64,000 nt of DNA from Octopus sinensis (GCF_006345805.1 NC_042998.1:90458001-90522000), one strand, 5' to 3'; positions 50,150 to 64,000 are shown, counted from the first letter of the stretch. Numbers and translations are program-made. The notes: generated by a model from the sequence alone, not told the origin.

Positions 50150-50350
50150 CCCCATCATACGTACACACAATGGGGAAAGAAGCTGATGTGTAAACATTTT
50201 CACGTGTGCAAAACTTGTTTATCTTTGATGAACACGTCATATTGGCGGGTCTGAAAATGGTGGTAGTAGGGGATGGAAACGGGACGATATAAACCAATAC
50301 ACAAGCCGTAATTTGTCATGTGACTATTTTTTGTATCCACCTACTTTGGT
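50150..50350 (+). promoter_or_regulatory. ABCA2: Putative ABCA2 promoter / first non-coding exon (E-boxes, CCAAT boxes, candidate donor TTTG|GTAAGC at 50349)
   Basis: CpG-retaining region with TCACGTG (50200-50206), ATTGG (50241-50245), CCAAT (50294-50298) and GTCATGTGAC (50315-50324). The TSS is not determinable from sequence. Confidence 0.45.
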
Positions 50351-51294
50351 AAGCGTCTGATAGAAGGTGAATTGATGGTGCGGTGTGTGTTGTGCAATAA
50401 TCTGTTAACAACTGAACGAGTAGGCGACTGAAATTGCTGACTGACCGTCGCCTGCTCTAAGTAGACAGAAAGTCCAAACAAGATAAATCTCTCTTGTATT
50501 GCATTATACAGTATCGAAGTTGCAGTCAAATATCTGTGAACAAGTGTTCAAATGTATGGAGTATTTTAACATAGAGATGGAAGAACTATCTTGGCATGGG
50601 AAGTGACTATTCCACAGCTTAAATGAAACCCCAACATTCATTTCTTTTCCCTTAAATCCTCACTATTATTTATTGTGGTTGTTGTGTCATTTATTTATCC
50701 CAAAACTAGCTTCTTTATTGATCACATCAGCAACAATTTCCTTCTGAGTATATGTTTGAGAAGGCTTCATATAAAAACAGTGTTCTTCACGATTTTTTCC
50801 TGCTTGTATAAAATTCATATACTTCGTAAATTTTCATCCAATTTCACGAATACCCAGGAAGAAAGGAACCAAAATATAGTTAATGTAACTACATGACTAA
50901 CTAAATGTAATAGGAAAACTTGTTATTTTTTGGACTATTATCTTAGACATTTGCTATCCTCTGTTTTATAGAAGTATCCAGTTGCGCACTTATCACGAAG
51001 GATTACAAGATTCGGATTTTACTTCGAAACTAGTTACACCTGTAATCACTAAAATTTTTGCACTGTACCTCACTTTATTTATATCCTCCTTTTGCCTTAA
51101 GGATACATGACTGCTCTAAGAATGGAACACCTGGTCTCATTATTATCACTGGTTGTGACGTTATCTACCGTCTTCTCCTCTTCAGTATTCTCAGCCAGCC
51201 TTCTTGTAGCATAACAATATTCTTCTATTTCATATCGAACTAAGCCAGCCGTGTCCTTTCTCTTATTGAGCAAGCTAACCATATTTGCATCAGT

Positions 51295-51360
51295 ATGGGC
51301 TTTTTACATCAACTTCGTTTGCTACTTTGGAAAAACTTTACTCTGAAGAAGCGTTCACCG
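51295..51360 (+). CDS. ABCA2: ABCA-family lipid transporter, first coding exon (best match ABCA2)
   Basis: MGFLHQLRLLLWKNFTLKKRSP closely matches the ABCA2 N-terminus [22 protein letters not shown] and the family LLLWKN motif. Strong ATG context; CCG|GTGAGT donor, phase 0. A candidate acceptor at 51100-51101 suggests the exon is 51102-51360. No exon 2 was found before 64000. Confidence 0.85.
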
Positions 51361-54300
51361 GTGAGTAAACTAATTTCTTTTAATATCCAATCTGGTTTAT
51401 TTAATATAATACATTTTTCCCTTCGAATTCTTTAAAACAGTGTCATATATTCTCCCTTTCAGCATTTATATATAATTTTTGGGGAGCTGTTTGTTTTATT
51501 CCTTATACTTTGGTCTTGTTTAAAATTTCACTCGGAAAATGTTTCATTCAAAAAGGATAAAAAAAAAATGACGTTTAATATACTCTAATTGTTGTTTTTC
51601 CTTCTGTTTTTTGTTTCATTGCCCACGTTAGTCTAATATTCTTAGCATAAAAACAAAAGGTAGTCTTTCTTCGTAACCTTAGCAGAATTGTCATTGAACT
51701 CAGACAGGTTTAGACTGTTCAGTGTTTGTATTAAATAATGCCACGCAAAATGTTTTCTAGATCAATATTGTTTATTAGTACTAATAATAATAATAATACA
51801 TCTCTAACCTAAATAATATATATTCGTTTGTAAATCACTAAATTGTAGAATATATATTAAACAGCGGATTATTTATGAATGAATGGCCTCTTATTTTTAT
51901 TATTTACGTAGGAATAGTATATTTTTTTTTTTGCTTTCTACATGTTTACTCTGTCAACTACAGAATATAATCATATTAAAGATTATATTGTTGAACATAT
52001 CTCCGTTTTTGACATTTTGTTCATGATAATGTCAAGTACACTAGAATCTCGATAAAATCAATTTTTATAATCGAAGTTGACTTTATCCAAAACCGAAACT
52101 CTTTTCAAAACATCTGAATGTTGAATCCAATAAAACAAAATTAACTTGTTTTGTTTCTTTTTCATTTTTAATAGCTACCAACTACAATTTCTCATTGTTA
52201 TCATAACATAAGCTTCGTACAGTGGACTGCTGTATTCTAAAACATACAATAAGATCTAACACTCAACAGTTGGCCAAATCTAAACAATTCTTGCGTATTG
52301 TATCCTGGCCTTCCAATTTCAGTACATGCGATGATTTCCTCCTGTACAAGTTTTGAGGCATGAACGCCACGACATTTCATTCACTTTTATAAAATCTAAG
52401 AATTATTGCCTATGCAAGCTATCATCTATACTATCAACGTTGTCCGCGTGGTAAATAAGGGGAGAAACATTCCCATTGTCGTTATTTATTATATAAAATT
52501 GTCGTCCTTAATGTCCAGAAACCAATAAGTAAATCCTAATCACTCACATCTGCTATGAGGTTGATTCAGTTGACCATACCTCTCAATATGTGGCCATCTA
52601 CCAGTAGAGATTGTTGTCGATAAAAACATTCAAGCTACATCTTGTTTTTATTCCTCTTTAATAACAGCTGACAAAAAGCTTTAAAAAAATATTTTAGTAC
52701 ATGTTAAAATGAAAGCAGGGATAATAAAAAGCAGTAATATTTTAAAGTCCCCAAAAATTAATCCCAAACAACTGTACAAAAAGAAAATAAACCAATACGT
52801 ATATTTGTTTTGATGTTGGGTTATTAAATGTTTGCGTTAAATAACATTTCCCAAACATCGCAATCATTCAAACCTTTAGGAAACTGAGGTAACTGTTGTT
52901 CGGCAATGGTGTATATGCATGTGCGTGTGTATATGTGTTTATATAATATAATTGTTAGTTTCATCACATTGAGTGATTTACTGTATGTTATGTTACAGTA
53001 GAAATTATTAAACTCTCGTTCAGTATAGGTTAGCTGCAAAGTGGCCTACATACACACATTGCTCTGGAGGTATTTAAATATTGTAGCTTTGTTTATTAAT
53101 CATCACTGAACAGGTCTAATAAAGAAAACCTGTTTAGTTTCATAGCTTCAGTTTGAGAATATACGACTTAAAACATGTTTATTTATACGACTTGAAACAA
53201 TTATTTAAAAAATTTATATTTATGCAATTTAATTATTTGAAAATCGTAATAATCTGAGTGTTTTTCTTTTTTTTTGTGCGTGCGATGTATTTTAGGATTA
53301 AAAAATTGTTTCGATCTGAGCTTTTTATTTCGTAAGACACAAACGTATTTTTCTAAAGGATGTGCAGAGAGCTAAATCAATCCTACATTTCTTTTACATA
53401 TGTTCTGGTTATTTCAGTTTATTATTGTTATTTCACATCTATCTTTACTGTTGTTTAACATATCTGGTCTAATAAATGGCTTTTGTTCTTAATGTTTATC
53501 AGGTATGCTATGTCGTACTATTTGTATAACTCATTTAAGCAATTTTTTTCAGTAGCTTCCCGTTATCAACATAAGGAACATTTCTTTTAATTTTACCTCA
53601 TCAGTTTATATATAAAGTGATTTCTTTGCTTCAGTTCTCTTAACTTAGCGTCTGATTATATAGCTCACCTTGATATCTTGAAAATAGTAAACTAAAATAT
53701 TGTTTGACCATTTGGTTCCTAAACGTGTCTTTTTTTTATATTGAAAATAAACTTAGACGTTTATCGTCTTCATAATTGTAAAATGCGCCAGTTATATATA
53801 TTAAATTTTTACGAAGACTAGGTTGATTGGTAATTTTGCTACTTTGGAAACAAATCTATTTGCTGTCATTTACTCTTGAGTTGACCCCTCCTAACATTAA
53901 TTTTTAGGCGAATGACATTGAAACGGGCAGTTGAATTCATATTGACCGTATGAAAATCGAACAAGATAATTTATTAGTTTAGTATGATCAACACATATTT
54001 TGTAAGTTAAAGAAAGGGATCTCGCCATTTTATTCCTTCCTTTTAGCATGTTGAGTGAAAGTAAATTTTAAGATTAAAGGAACGAATGGACCGAGTGCTT
54101 TAAAAGTATTGGAATAGCTGTTCATGGGTTTGGAGTTCGAATTTACTACAAGTATTTCATTGTGTTTCTAGCTTAGAAAAAATTTCTTTCGCTTTTGTTT
54201 TACACCAGTTTACTTAGATGTTGGAGACCTGAACATCTGGAAGTAATGCAAACCATGTTCCTAATCAGAATAATTATTTCTCATCTACCTAACATGAAAC

Positions 54301-55620
54301 CAAAATTTCCCACTAGCCGTGAGACATGCATACATTTACATTTGTCTTTTCCTATTGACAAATACTAGAATAATATGTAACGCTGGGAGATTGCTTCGAC
54401 TTACTAAAAAAATCAATGTTTCATGTCATGATTTCCTTCAATTGGATATGACATGCTCATTTTACATTAAGACAGATGTAAATAATTTTAGATAATTTTG
54501 TTAAAGATTTATTGGATTATTTCCTTTCCTCTTGTTACATTCAATGATTTTTCTTCAAAAGATATTGACATCCAGTTGATTTATTTGAAAGTTATTGAGT
54601 TTAATTACTTGGATCTTTATATACTGCTGTGAACAGTTTTGCCTTTTCTTTGATGTTTCTTTTAAAGATCCTAATATTTTAAGTCTCAAAGCTTGTCTTG
54701 TTCATTGGTTGTTGCTTCATATCCTGTTGCTAGCAGTATAGAATCTGTGATCAAGCCCCTTACCTCTAAATCAACTGGTTCACTAAGTATTAATAGATAT
54801 TTTTGTATGCTACAACTTATTATAAATGGCTGGAACATTTGATGTTATCCTTTATAAGCTTAGTTAAACTTTTTGAGTGTAAATATTCACAGAACTTTCT
54901 TTGAGTCATCTGAGTTCCACTAAAATCACTTGCTCGGGGTTCATTGCTAAAACAAAGTATTTAGGGGTGGTCTTGATAACCTATTCATTATGGAAGCAGA
55001 CATTTACCACCATCTGCATATTTGTGTTTTCAATACTAGTAATTGAATTGACAATATGCTGGTGTCATGGGATGTGTCATCCTGAGTGTGAGTCAGATTG
55101 ATGTAACAGTCAATTGGGAAAACAACTGAGTATCTTGTACGTTAGTACATGGAAGAAAGTTTGCTATATACTCTTATTGTTTAGACCCAAATCAACTCTG
55201 ATCAGATGTACCTACAGTGAAAGACATTCCAGTCATGACCATCTCGTCCTTTTATCAGGCTATGATGTACCTCAGGCTGCATTATCCACTGTTGTGTACA
55301 ACTTTCAAGATTGATCACAAGGTTTGAAGGATTATTTTTAGCTGGGTAAGCAAACACATTGAGTCTCTTTTTGGCTTACACACACACACACAACACACAC
55401 ACACACAGCTATGAACATTGCTTTGTGTAGAGGCTTCACCAAGTGAAGTATCCAGAATAGTAATGAAAATGTGAATCTGTTTATCTTTTGTCAATAGTTA
55501 AAATATGGATACAATGGTTATTGCACAGGAGAGGCACTATTTACTGATAAAGAAAACTATTAGAATATTAGCTTTAGGAACAATAAAACCAGAATATTTT
55601 TCTCAAATTTTGAGAAAACT

Positions 55621-55621
55621 C

Positions 55622-55666
<45 letters not shown>

Positions 55667-55683
55667 GTGTGTGTATATATATC

Positions 55684-55740
<57 letters not shown>
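55621..55740. repeat. (TG)n(TA)n compound microsatellite, duplicated unit
   Basis: Directly visible. Confidence 0.97.
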
Positions 55741-57984
55741 GTAGTAATAACAATAATAATCCTTGGATGCAATTTATAAATATTTTAATGCATTGCTACC
55801 TGTGTTTCACAGATTTCTTAAGATCACAGTCTGTATTCCTGGGATGATTGCAGTGTAATCTGACGCCCTTCCCCCCAAAAAACTGGTATAACCAGTTGGT
55901 ATCATTAGGTTGTAGCATGCATTATGGAATAGGAACTTTTATATGCATACTCAAAACGTTTTCCATAAACAAACTTAAAGGATATATGTCATTTGTCCAG
56001 CTATTATTTTAAATATATATTTCAAATAATAAATGGATAAGCATTTCTTTATGGTATCAAAGCCATAAGCCACTATTTGTTATAAATAAGTTAACCAAAT
56101 ATGCATACAGACATAATTAAGCAGTCCATGGTAGTCTTTCATAAACGGGTAGAAATCCAGATATTCATAATCAAAAATACAATTAAGAAAGAAGAAAATT
56201 CAAGGTAGATTTTTTGACTGCTGTTTTAAGGATTTGGTAGCAAATTGATGCAGTAATGTGCATTACGTATACATAGACATACTAAATTGGTGTTAACAAA
56301 TAAAATATATCAATTTATGTTATAATTGTGGATATATTGTGACAATTTTCCCCATATATTCTGAATCTCATTCTAAGTTGTGCTGCTTTTATTTTTATTA
56401 GTGTGTGGCTATACTAATTAGTCAGTTGTGAAAGTTACATTCTAATTGTGAAATTTACACTCTAATTAACTGAATAAAGACTAAATATTTAATATGCATC
56501 AGCAAATGCCTTTTGAATTTTGAGTGTGAGATAACTTGGTTAATGATAAAAAATATTTTCTCAGTAAGTTTGTTTTTGTAATCAAGTGAAATAATCTTAC
56601 TCTGTATTATGAAGCTATGCCAATACAATGTAGAATTTCCTTTCTGAGAAGATTTGTTGTTCCACACTAGCAAGTGTTTTCTCTGTGTTAGAAGCAGATG
56701 TTCTAGCAGATCAGTTTGTAAATATGCCACTCAGACTATGACATTTATGACAGACACCTGTGGGTAATAAGGTGTCTGCTGGATTAGAGACCATAAGAGT
56801 CTTTTGATTTCACAGCCTTCTGCTTTCTAGGTTTTGTTGATCGTCACTAATGTGCATTCTATAGAATTGCTTTCAAATGAAATGCTTCAATTAGTTGATC
56901 TGACACTGATCAAAATGTCAGAGAGACTTGTTACAGCCATGTTTGTGTTGTACAATTGAGAAGCTTGCTTCTTAACTATGTTGTTTTGGGTTCAGTCCCA
57001 CTGTGTGATACATTGAGCAGGAGTTTTCTATAGCCTTAATACAGTTAAAAGAAGTTTGTATGTGTGAGAGTTTGTACTCTTGTCTAAACATCACATAACG
57101 GTTGTAAATGAGTATAATCACCATACAAGTGAGGCTGTTTGTTTCTAGTCTTCCATGGAAAACCTGTCAGGCTGTGGTAAAAGTACAAGTGTTATATACA
57201 TTGTCAACTGTTTCTCCATACCAATCAATATTTAGCCTGTATTGGGATTCAGCATTTTATGAAGATATTCACTTGTTAAACAAGTAGATAAGATGCAAGA
57301 CCAAGTGAATAAGGTGTTGGACTAGCAGATCATGGGTTCTAAGTTCAGGAGCATTGTTGCATTTATGATCAGCTTAGGTTGAGGAAACAATATTGTGTCT
57401 GGAGATGTTTATGCAACAGACGAGCATCAACTTCTATAAGAAGAATTCATTTCTATTTCTCATTTGTCTAATGCTCTACAAACTGATATTACTTAGAATT
57501 TTTGATTTATGAAAGGACTATCTTTGTATCGATCAAGCTGCTTTGATTGGCTGCCACTAAAAAGGGGTTTTAGCTATCAGGTTGATTTGCAATGGGATCA
57601 CTTTTTTTTGTGTATGTGCATTAACTTCTGTATGAAATCTTAATCATTTAATTCTTAAAGTTATTACAATCTGACTTGCCAGAATTCTTGTTTCTAACTT
57701 AAAACAAATTCACCTGCTGGTGTGGAACAACCTATCTCCTCTGAAATGAGATATTCATAGTTGGGGGTCCAGCTTGATCATTTGATGATGGTTGCTGCTG
57801 AGAGGACCCTCTGGATGGCAAGTCTGAGAACTCTGATCCTATCAATCCTCACAAGAATAAGTGGGTAATGAAGACAGATGGATATGAATACCTAAGCATT
57901 AACATTACATCTTCCAAAACACTAAGTAGAAATTAAAAATGGGTTACAGAGTGGTTTGTTGAGCATTTGTGATATACATGCAGA

Positions 57985-58338
57985 CACATCCTGGCACTCT
58001 GTCAGTTATGACAATGTGGGTTCTAGTTGTTCCGATCAATGGAACAACCTGCTTGTGAAATTAATGCTCATGTGGCTGAGCACTCTGTACACATGCATAC
58101 CCTTAACATAGTTCTCAGGGATATTCAACATGACACAGGGTGTGACAAGGCTGGCCTTTGAAATACAGGTACTACTCACTTTTTCCAGCTGAGTGAACTG
58201 GAATAACATGAAATAAAATGTCTTGCTCAAGAACACGTCACTGGGAATTGTCCTCACAACCTTACGGTTGTGAGCCAAATACCCTAGCCACTATGTCTTG
58301 CGCTTTCACATGTCTATGCAGACACACACACGTGTATT

Positions 58339-58384
<46 letters not shown>

Positions 58385-58715
58385 TATAGAGAGAGAGAGA
58401 GAGAGAGGGAGCACTCCGTCTATTATGACAAAGAGTGTTCCAGCTGATACGATCAACGGAACAGCTTGCTCGTGAGATTAATGTGCAAATTCTGAGTACT
58501 CCACAGATACACGTACCCCTTTTTACATATTTCTCAGAATTTCAGTGTGACACAGAGTGTGACTAGGCTGGCCCCTTGAAATACAGGTACTCATTTTTGC
58601 CAACTGAGTACTGTAAAATAAAGTGTCTTGCTCAAGGACACAATGCACTGCTGGGAATTGAACTCACGATACTATGATCATGAGCCGAATACCCTAACCA
58701 CTAAGCCAAGCGCCT

Positions 58716-58720
<5 letters not shown>
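57985..58720 (-). mobile_element. Two tandem tRNA-derived SINE copies separated by (TA)n(GA)n
   Basis: Copies at ~57985-58300 and ~58415-58720 share TGTGACAAGGCTGGCCTTTGAAATACAGGTAC...AAAGTGTCTTGCTCAAG...CTAACCACTAAGCCA. Confidence 0.8.
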
Positions 58721-58788
<68 letters not shown>

Positions 58789-59030
58789 GTGTATAGATGT
58801 GTGTGTGTGTGTATATACATGTGTATATATGTGTATATATATATATATATACACACGTGTATACATGTGTATATATATATATAGATACACACGTGTATAT
58901 ATGTGAATATTTCTTGTATATATATATATATATATATATAAATACACATACACACACGTGTGTATATACACATATATACACACACACATACGTTCCTATG
59001 CAGGCACACATATATACGCACAGAAGAAGC
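58720..59030. repeat. (TA)n/(CA)n/(TG)n compound microsatellite
   Basis: Directly visible. Confidence 0.97.
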
Positions 59031-59089
59031 ACACTATAAATATTGAATATTTTTACCTATTGATTTCTTTTTAGAAAATTAGTAAATAT

Positions 59090-59440
59090 ATATCATCATT
59101 TAACATTAGCTTTCCATGCTGGCATGGGTTGGACAGTTTGACATGAGCTGGCAAGCCAGAGGACTACATCAACCTCTACTATCTACATTGGCATGATTTC
59201 TTTGGCTGGATACCCTTCTTAGTGCCAACTACTTCACGAGCATACTGAGTGCTTTTTATGTGACACCAGCAAAGCCACTTAATAACTTGCAAGAAAAAAT
59301 CCTCTCAGGTGACTGGGGAGTAGTATTGAGAGAGGTGGCTTTATTCAAGGTGAAAGGATATAGTAGAAGGACCAAAACAGGTGTCTTGCTGTAGAAGAGA
59401 TACATGGCTACCCTAGTTTGAAAAAGAAATAGGTGAGAGA
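59090..59440 (-). mobile_element. RTE-tail-derived repeat
   Basis: ATCATCATTTTAACATTAGCTTTCCATGCTGGCATGGGTTGGAC, same family as 20407. Confidence 0.75.
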
Positions 59441-60736
59441 TATGTAGCCAATTTCATATGATCACAAGTAATCTTAAAGTTGCGAAAAAAGAATATTGTT
59501 CCATTCAAGAAACTCAAAATATTCCTTTATTTAAAATAGTTCAATACTTGAAGTTTACAGATATTCATAATGGCAACATATGGTTAGTTTATACTGAATT
59601 CAGTGTTTTCAAACAGTTAATTTAAATTTGCATTAAAAACTAAAGGCTACTTTTCTTTTCAGTTTTGATATTGTTTTACAACATGCTTGTTTTATTTAGC
59701 TTAGAGACATATTATTTAATGAAGTGTTTCTCAACTAGAATTAAATAGTGTCTGACATGAATTGCTGTTAATAAGATTATTTTTCAGGCTATTACCCTTA
59801 CCTCTAAATAATAGATGGATACTAATAGTTATAATCTTAGAATTAAGTATTTTTGACCTTAATTCAATTGTTTCCAGCTAGTTAAAACCGTCAAGTTGGG
59901 AGTTTTTTTACCTACTAAAAATTCTGATTTTTAAAATTTCTCATAGCACTAATCTTTTCAAACTTTGCTCGACAAAATACCACAGATTAAAATTAAGATT
60001 TTAATGATATTTAAGTTTCTTATGTTGCTAGTTTCTTTGACAATTTAAGTAGTCTCAATGACCTCGACTTCAAAGAGGTGGGAAAGAAAATTATATTAAC
60101 AACAGAAAAATTTTATTGATTCATAAATTTCAGTCTATAATTTATGATTCTCAGAAACCTTTTAAATGTGAAATCATTCTTTTTTATTTAGTTTATTTCA
60201 ACCAGTGTGTGTGTGTGTATGTGTGCATGCATGTCAAGTATACTATGAAATATCTTTATGTTCATGTTTCAATGCTAGCATTGGTTGTGATGGTCTGATT
60301 GGTTTTTATTCAGATTTATTGCCCTCCTTTCTGGGCTGAGGACCACACATCGGGTGATCTAAAGTACATTATTCTATCACTGACACTTTATTCAATAAAT
60401 AAATCCTAGAATATGTCGTATCTGTCGTTACTATTTAATCATAGATATCAGTTTAAAGGTCAAAATGCAATGCAACAGAAGTGCAAACAATATTAGTAGT
60501 CTGCACTGCACTTCCTGTTTGGGTACTTTGTGTTGTTAAATAAGGAAATATTGTTAGATAGTTCAGCTTCCGTGAAAAATTTAATAAAAAGCAATAGAAA
60601 CTATTCAAATTTTGAAGCATCTATATTTAACTGAAGTTTATATTTGTATAGTTTAATCCAGTAACCAGGAAAACATTTTTAAAAGGAAACAACTTTTATA
60701 TATATATATATACATACATATATATATATACATATA

Positions 60737-60777
<41 letters not shown>

Positions 60778-60970
60778 GGATAGAGCAGATTCACACATCT
60801 CCGGATTTGTTTTTCTACAAATGATATACCATATTTTAACATGTATAAAGAACCCATTTTTGTCAAAAATTAGGTTAAAAAAATATGGGAGTTTCTTATA
60901 CATGGATAGTATTATAATCCCTTACATAACCTTTTTCCAAATTTTAAACCCCCCCAAATTAGTGAGTAAG

Positions 60971-61013
<43 letters not shown>

Positions 61014-61154
61014 CGATTCAGAGCGGATCTCAGAATTAAACAGCCGAAATCTGCGATGAGAATCGGTTTCTGACTGAAGAACGAAGGCTTTGAATGACCC
61101 GTCTGTCTCTTATGTTCGTCCCTTCGTGTATTTCACGTTATTTATTTATGTAAA

Positions 61155-61546
61155 GGTTTATATTATATATATACATACATACATATATATATATATACAT
61201 ACATATATATATATACATACATATATATATATACATACATACATATATATATATACATACATATATATATATACATACATACATATATATATACATACAT
61301 ACATACATATATATATATACATACATATATATATATACATACATATATATATATACATACATACATACATATATATATATACATACATACATACATATAT
61401 ATATATATACATACATATATATATATATACATACATATATATATATACATACATACATATATATACATACATACATAATATATACATACATACATATATA
61501 TATATAAATACATACATATAATATATACATACATACATATATATAT

Positions 61547-61642
<96 letters not shown>

Positions 61643-61657
61643 TATATATATATATAC

Positions 61658-61707
<50 letters not shown>

Positions 61708-61800
61708 TATTACATATATATATTATATACATATATATATATATATATACATACATACATATATATATACCATATATATTATATATATATACATACATAC

Positions 61801-61835
<35 letters not shown>

Positions 61836-61836
61836 C

Positions 61837-61911
<75 letters not shown>

Positions 61912-61912
61912 C

Positions 61913-61943
<31 letters not shown>

Positions 61944-61977
61944 CATACATACATAATACATATATATATATATATAC

Positions 61978-62008
<31 letters not shown>

Positions 62009-62009
62009 C

Positions 62010-62044
<35 letters not shown>

Positions 62045-62069
62045 CATACATACATATATATATATATAC

Positions 62070-62102
<33 letters not shown>

Positions 62103-62124
62103 CATACATACATATATATATATA

Positions 62125-62157
<33 letters not shown>

Positions 62158-62216
62158 CATACATATATATATATAATATATATATATACATACATATATA
62201 TATATAGATACATATA

Positions 62217-62257
<41 letters not shown>

Positions 62258-62293
62258 TATACATACATATATATTATAGATACATATATATAT

Positions 62294-62327
<34 letters not shown>

Positions 62328-62363
62328 TATATATACATACATACATATATATATTATATATAT

Positions 62364-62414
<51 letters not shown>

Positions 62415-62420
62415 CATACA
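61155..62420. repeat. ~1.27-kb compound (TA)n/(TACA)n microsatellite in ABCA2 intron 1
   Basis: Directly visible; source of the spurious Y/I/C/V/M ORFs. Confidence 0.99.
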
Positions 62421-64000
62421 CATAATGACCAGTGGGTAAGAAGTTCTCTTTGCAAGCTCATTGTTTTTAGTTCAGTCCTACTAAACTGTGTCTTGGGCTT
62501 GGGCAAATGTTTTGTATGTAGCTCAAGGGCATCCATTGCTTATAAGTGAATTTGGTGCATGGAATTGTGGGAAGCTCATTGCATGTGTGAATGTTGGCAT
62601 TCCTTGGCTTCACTTGAGTAAAATTGTGAATAATGTTTTACATTCCTTGTTGATACAATTAGTTGTTCTCTGCTTTAAAGACCCGTGAAATATAACATCC
62701 CTTACTAGAAAAACAGGTAAGGATTTGCACCAAGAATAGTACCTGGCAGCAGATTCTGCCTCAAAAGTCCCTTCCCAACTCGTTTCTGCATAGATTATAT
62801 GGGAGGTACATTTGAGGCAGTTAAATGAATGATGTGAGTGAGTGTTGTAAAGTAACTTGGCGAGTCAAAATTGATTTTTGTTCTTATTCGCTTTTGCACT
62901 ATCATTAATGCTTCTGGGAAAGTTATCACATTTCTGACTCTTTTAAATTTATAGACTTCAGTACCATATTGAACATTTTATTGGTTTTTTAGCATTTCAT
63001 TGAAATTGAACTAAATTTTTATTTGGTGGCTTAATCAAAAAGAAAGTATGATCCTAAATTGATTTCCAAAAAAGTTGAGGATGCAATGAGTAATAACGGT
63101 GTTTGTAGGCAGTATTTTATTTTCTTTATTAATAGGTGTATCAATCAAAATTTTAGCTAAATTTCTATTCTGAATGTAAAGTAATTTTGCTTGAGAAAAA
63201 AATCCAAATTATAGCATCTTGTACTATTTAGTATCCATTCTTATTTTGCGTCTGCTTTCCATGTTAGCATGGGTTGGATGGTTTTACAGGATTCAGCAGA
63301 TAAGATGATTGTGTCCAGCACCAACATAATCTTCTTTTATTGAGTGGGAAGTGCAGTGCCTATGACTCTTTACAGGGATCTGAGACTTGTGGGAAGGAGG
63401 TGGGATGGTGTCCTCAAGCCAAAGCATTAGGTGTTGGTGTTAATCTGAGTGATGGATTAAGTTAACCTCCCACGTAGGCCACAGTTGGATTTGAACTCAG
63501 AGTGCAAACATTCAAAACAAGTTTTAGTGGGGCATGAGTTTGATTTTTGCCATTTAATCACTGTTGATAGTACTTTAGTGGGCTGTGTGTGAAGTAGAGA
63601 ATGATCATAAGTTTCCATATTTTTTAGGACTTCGAACATTTGCATTTACAAATGTGCAACAATTATTTGAGTTATATGAAAACCATTCATGGTTACTAAA
63701 GACAGAATGAGTAGAAAGAATGAGAACACATTATCACAAAACTAGCCAACAGAGTTCTATGTAGCACCTAAAGCTATTCTGTTGGGAGTTCCATATCCTA
63801 GCTTTTTATAACCAATCTTCTGGACCCTTCAGCAGAAGTATCTGACAGGAAAATTTGTAAAACTTATTTGCATAAAAGGCATTAATGCCTTTTATGGTGA
63901 CTGTTTCTTGCAGCTAGCCTTTGCTTTTATGGCAGTACAGTTAGGCCGTGTTTCTAAGCTGGGTATCTGAGCAAGATGGCTCAAAACATAGAAACCTTGC

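Noticed and set aside
61060-61115. Hammerhead-like CTGAAGA...GAAT...GTC (also CTGAAGA...GAAAC at ~40494-40525)
   Set aside because: The GAAA core or the stem I/II/III pairing is broken in both; at most these are dead relics of Penelope-type ends.
61090-62299. Long ORFs up to 378 aa rich in Y/I/C/V/M (also at 58218-59039, 55505-55847, 39763-40075, 34527-34925)
   Set aside because: These are translations of (TA)n/(TACA)n/(TCTA)n microsatellites, which lack stop codons by composition. No protein features.
51361-64000. Search for ABCA2 exon 2 (expected hydrophobic ...E(I/L)xxPLxLFxIL...)
   Set aside because: Candidate acceptors (e.g. 59662, 59788, 60313, 62954, 63912) all hit stops or give unrelated peptides; exon 2 is presumed to be beyond the window.

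Overview
AT-rich, microsatellite- and SINE-dense animal genomic DNA. The repeat families and gene architecture look like an octopus (coleoid cephalopod) genome; this is an inference, not a database result. Three protein-coding genes lie on the + strand. (1) The last five coding exons of CASC3/MLN51/Barentsz (3582-19778; the upstream exons, including the SELOR domain, were not found in the window). (2) A complete two-exon NDUFB3 (26529-26647 + 32669-32837, 95 aa). (3) The first coding exon of an ABCA-family transporter, best matching ABCA2 (51295-51360; exon 2 was not found in the window). The rest is intron or intergenic DNA filled with tRNA-derived SINEs, RTE and CR1/Jockey LINE remnants, mariner pseudogenes, hAT, Tc1 and piggyBac-like MITEs, Helitron ends and long (TA)n/(TACA)n tracts. 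The most striking structure is at 22381-25211. It reads as a frozen mariner-driven inversion plus duplication, consistent with single-ended transposition followed by abortive gap repair. It split and flipped a host MITE and left a ~0.7 kb near-perfect inverted repeat between CASC3 and NDUFB3. An older tail-out mariner palindrome sits at 1905-2801. Other leads: several long hairpins that could be ADAR substrates, a foldback element carrying a captured transposase fragment, a hydrophobic uORF and a CLEAR/M-box-like motif in the ABCA2 leader and promoter, and short linear motifs in the CASC3 C-terminus. No prokaryotic-type systems (CRISPR etc.) are supported.
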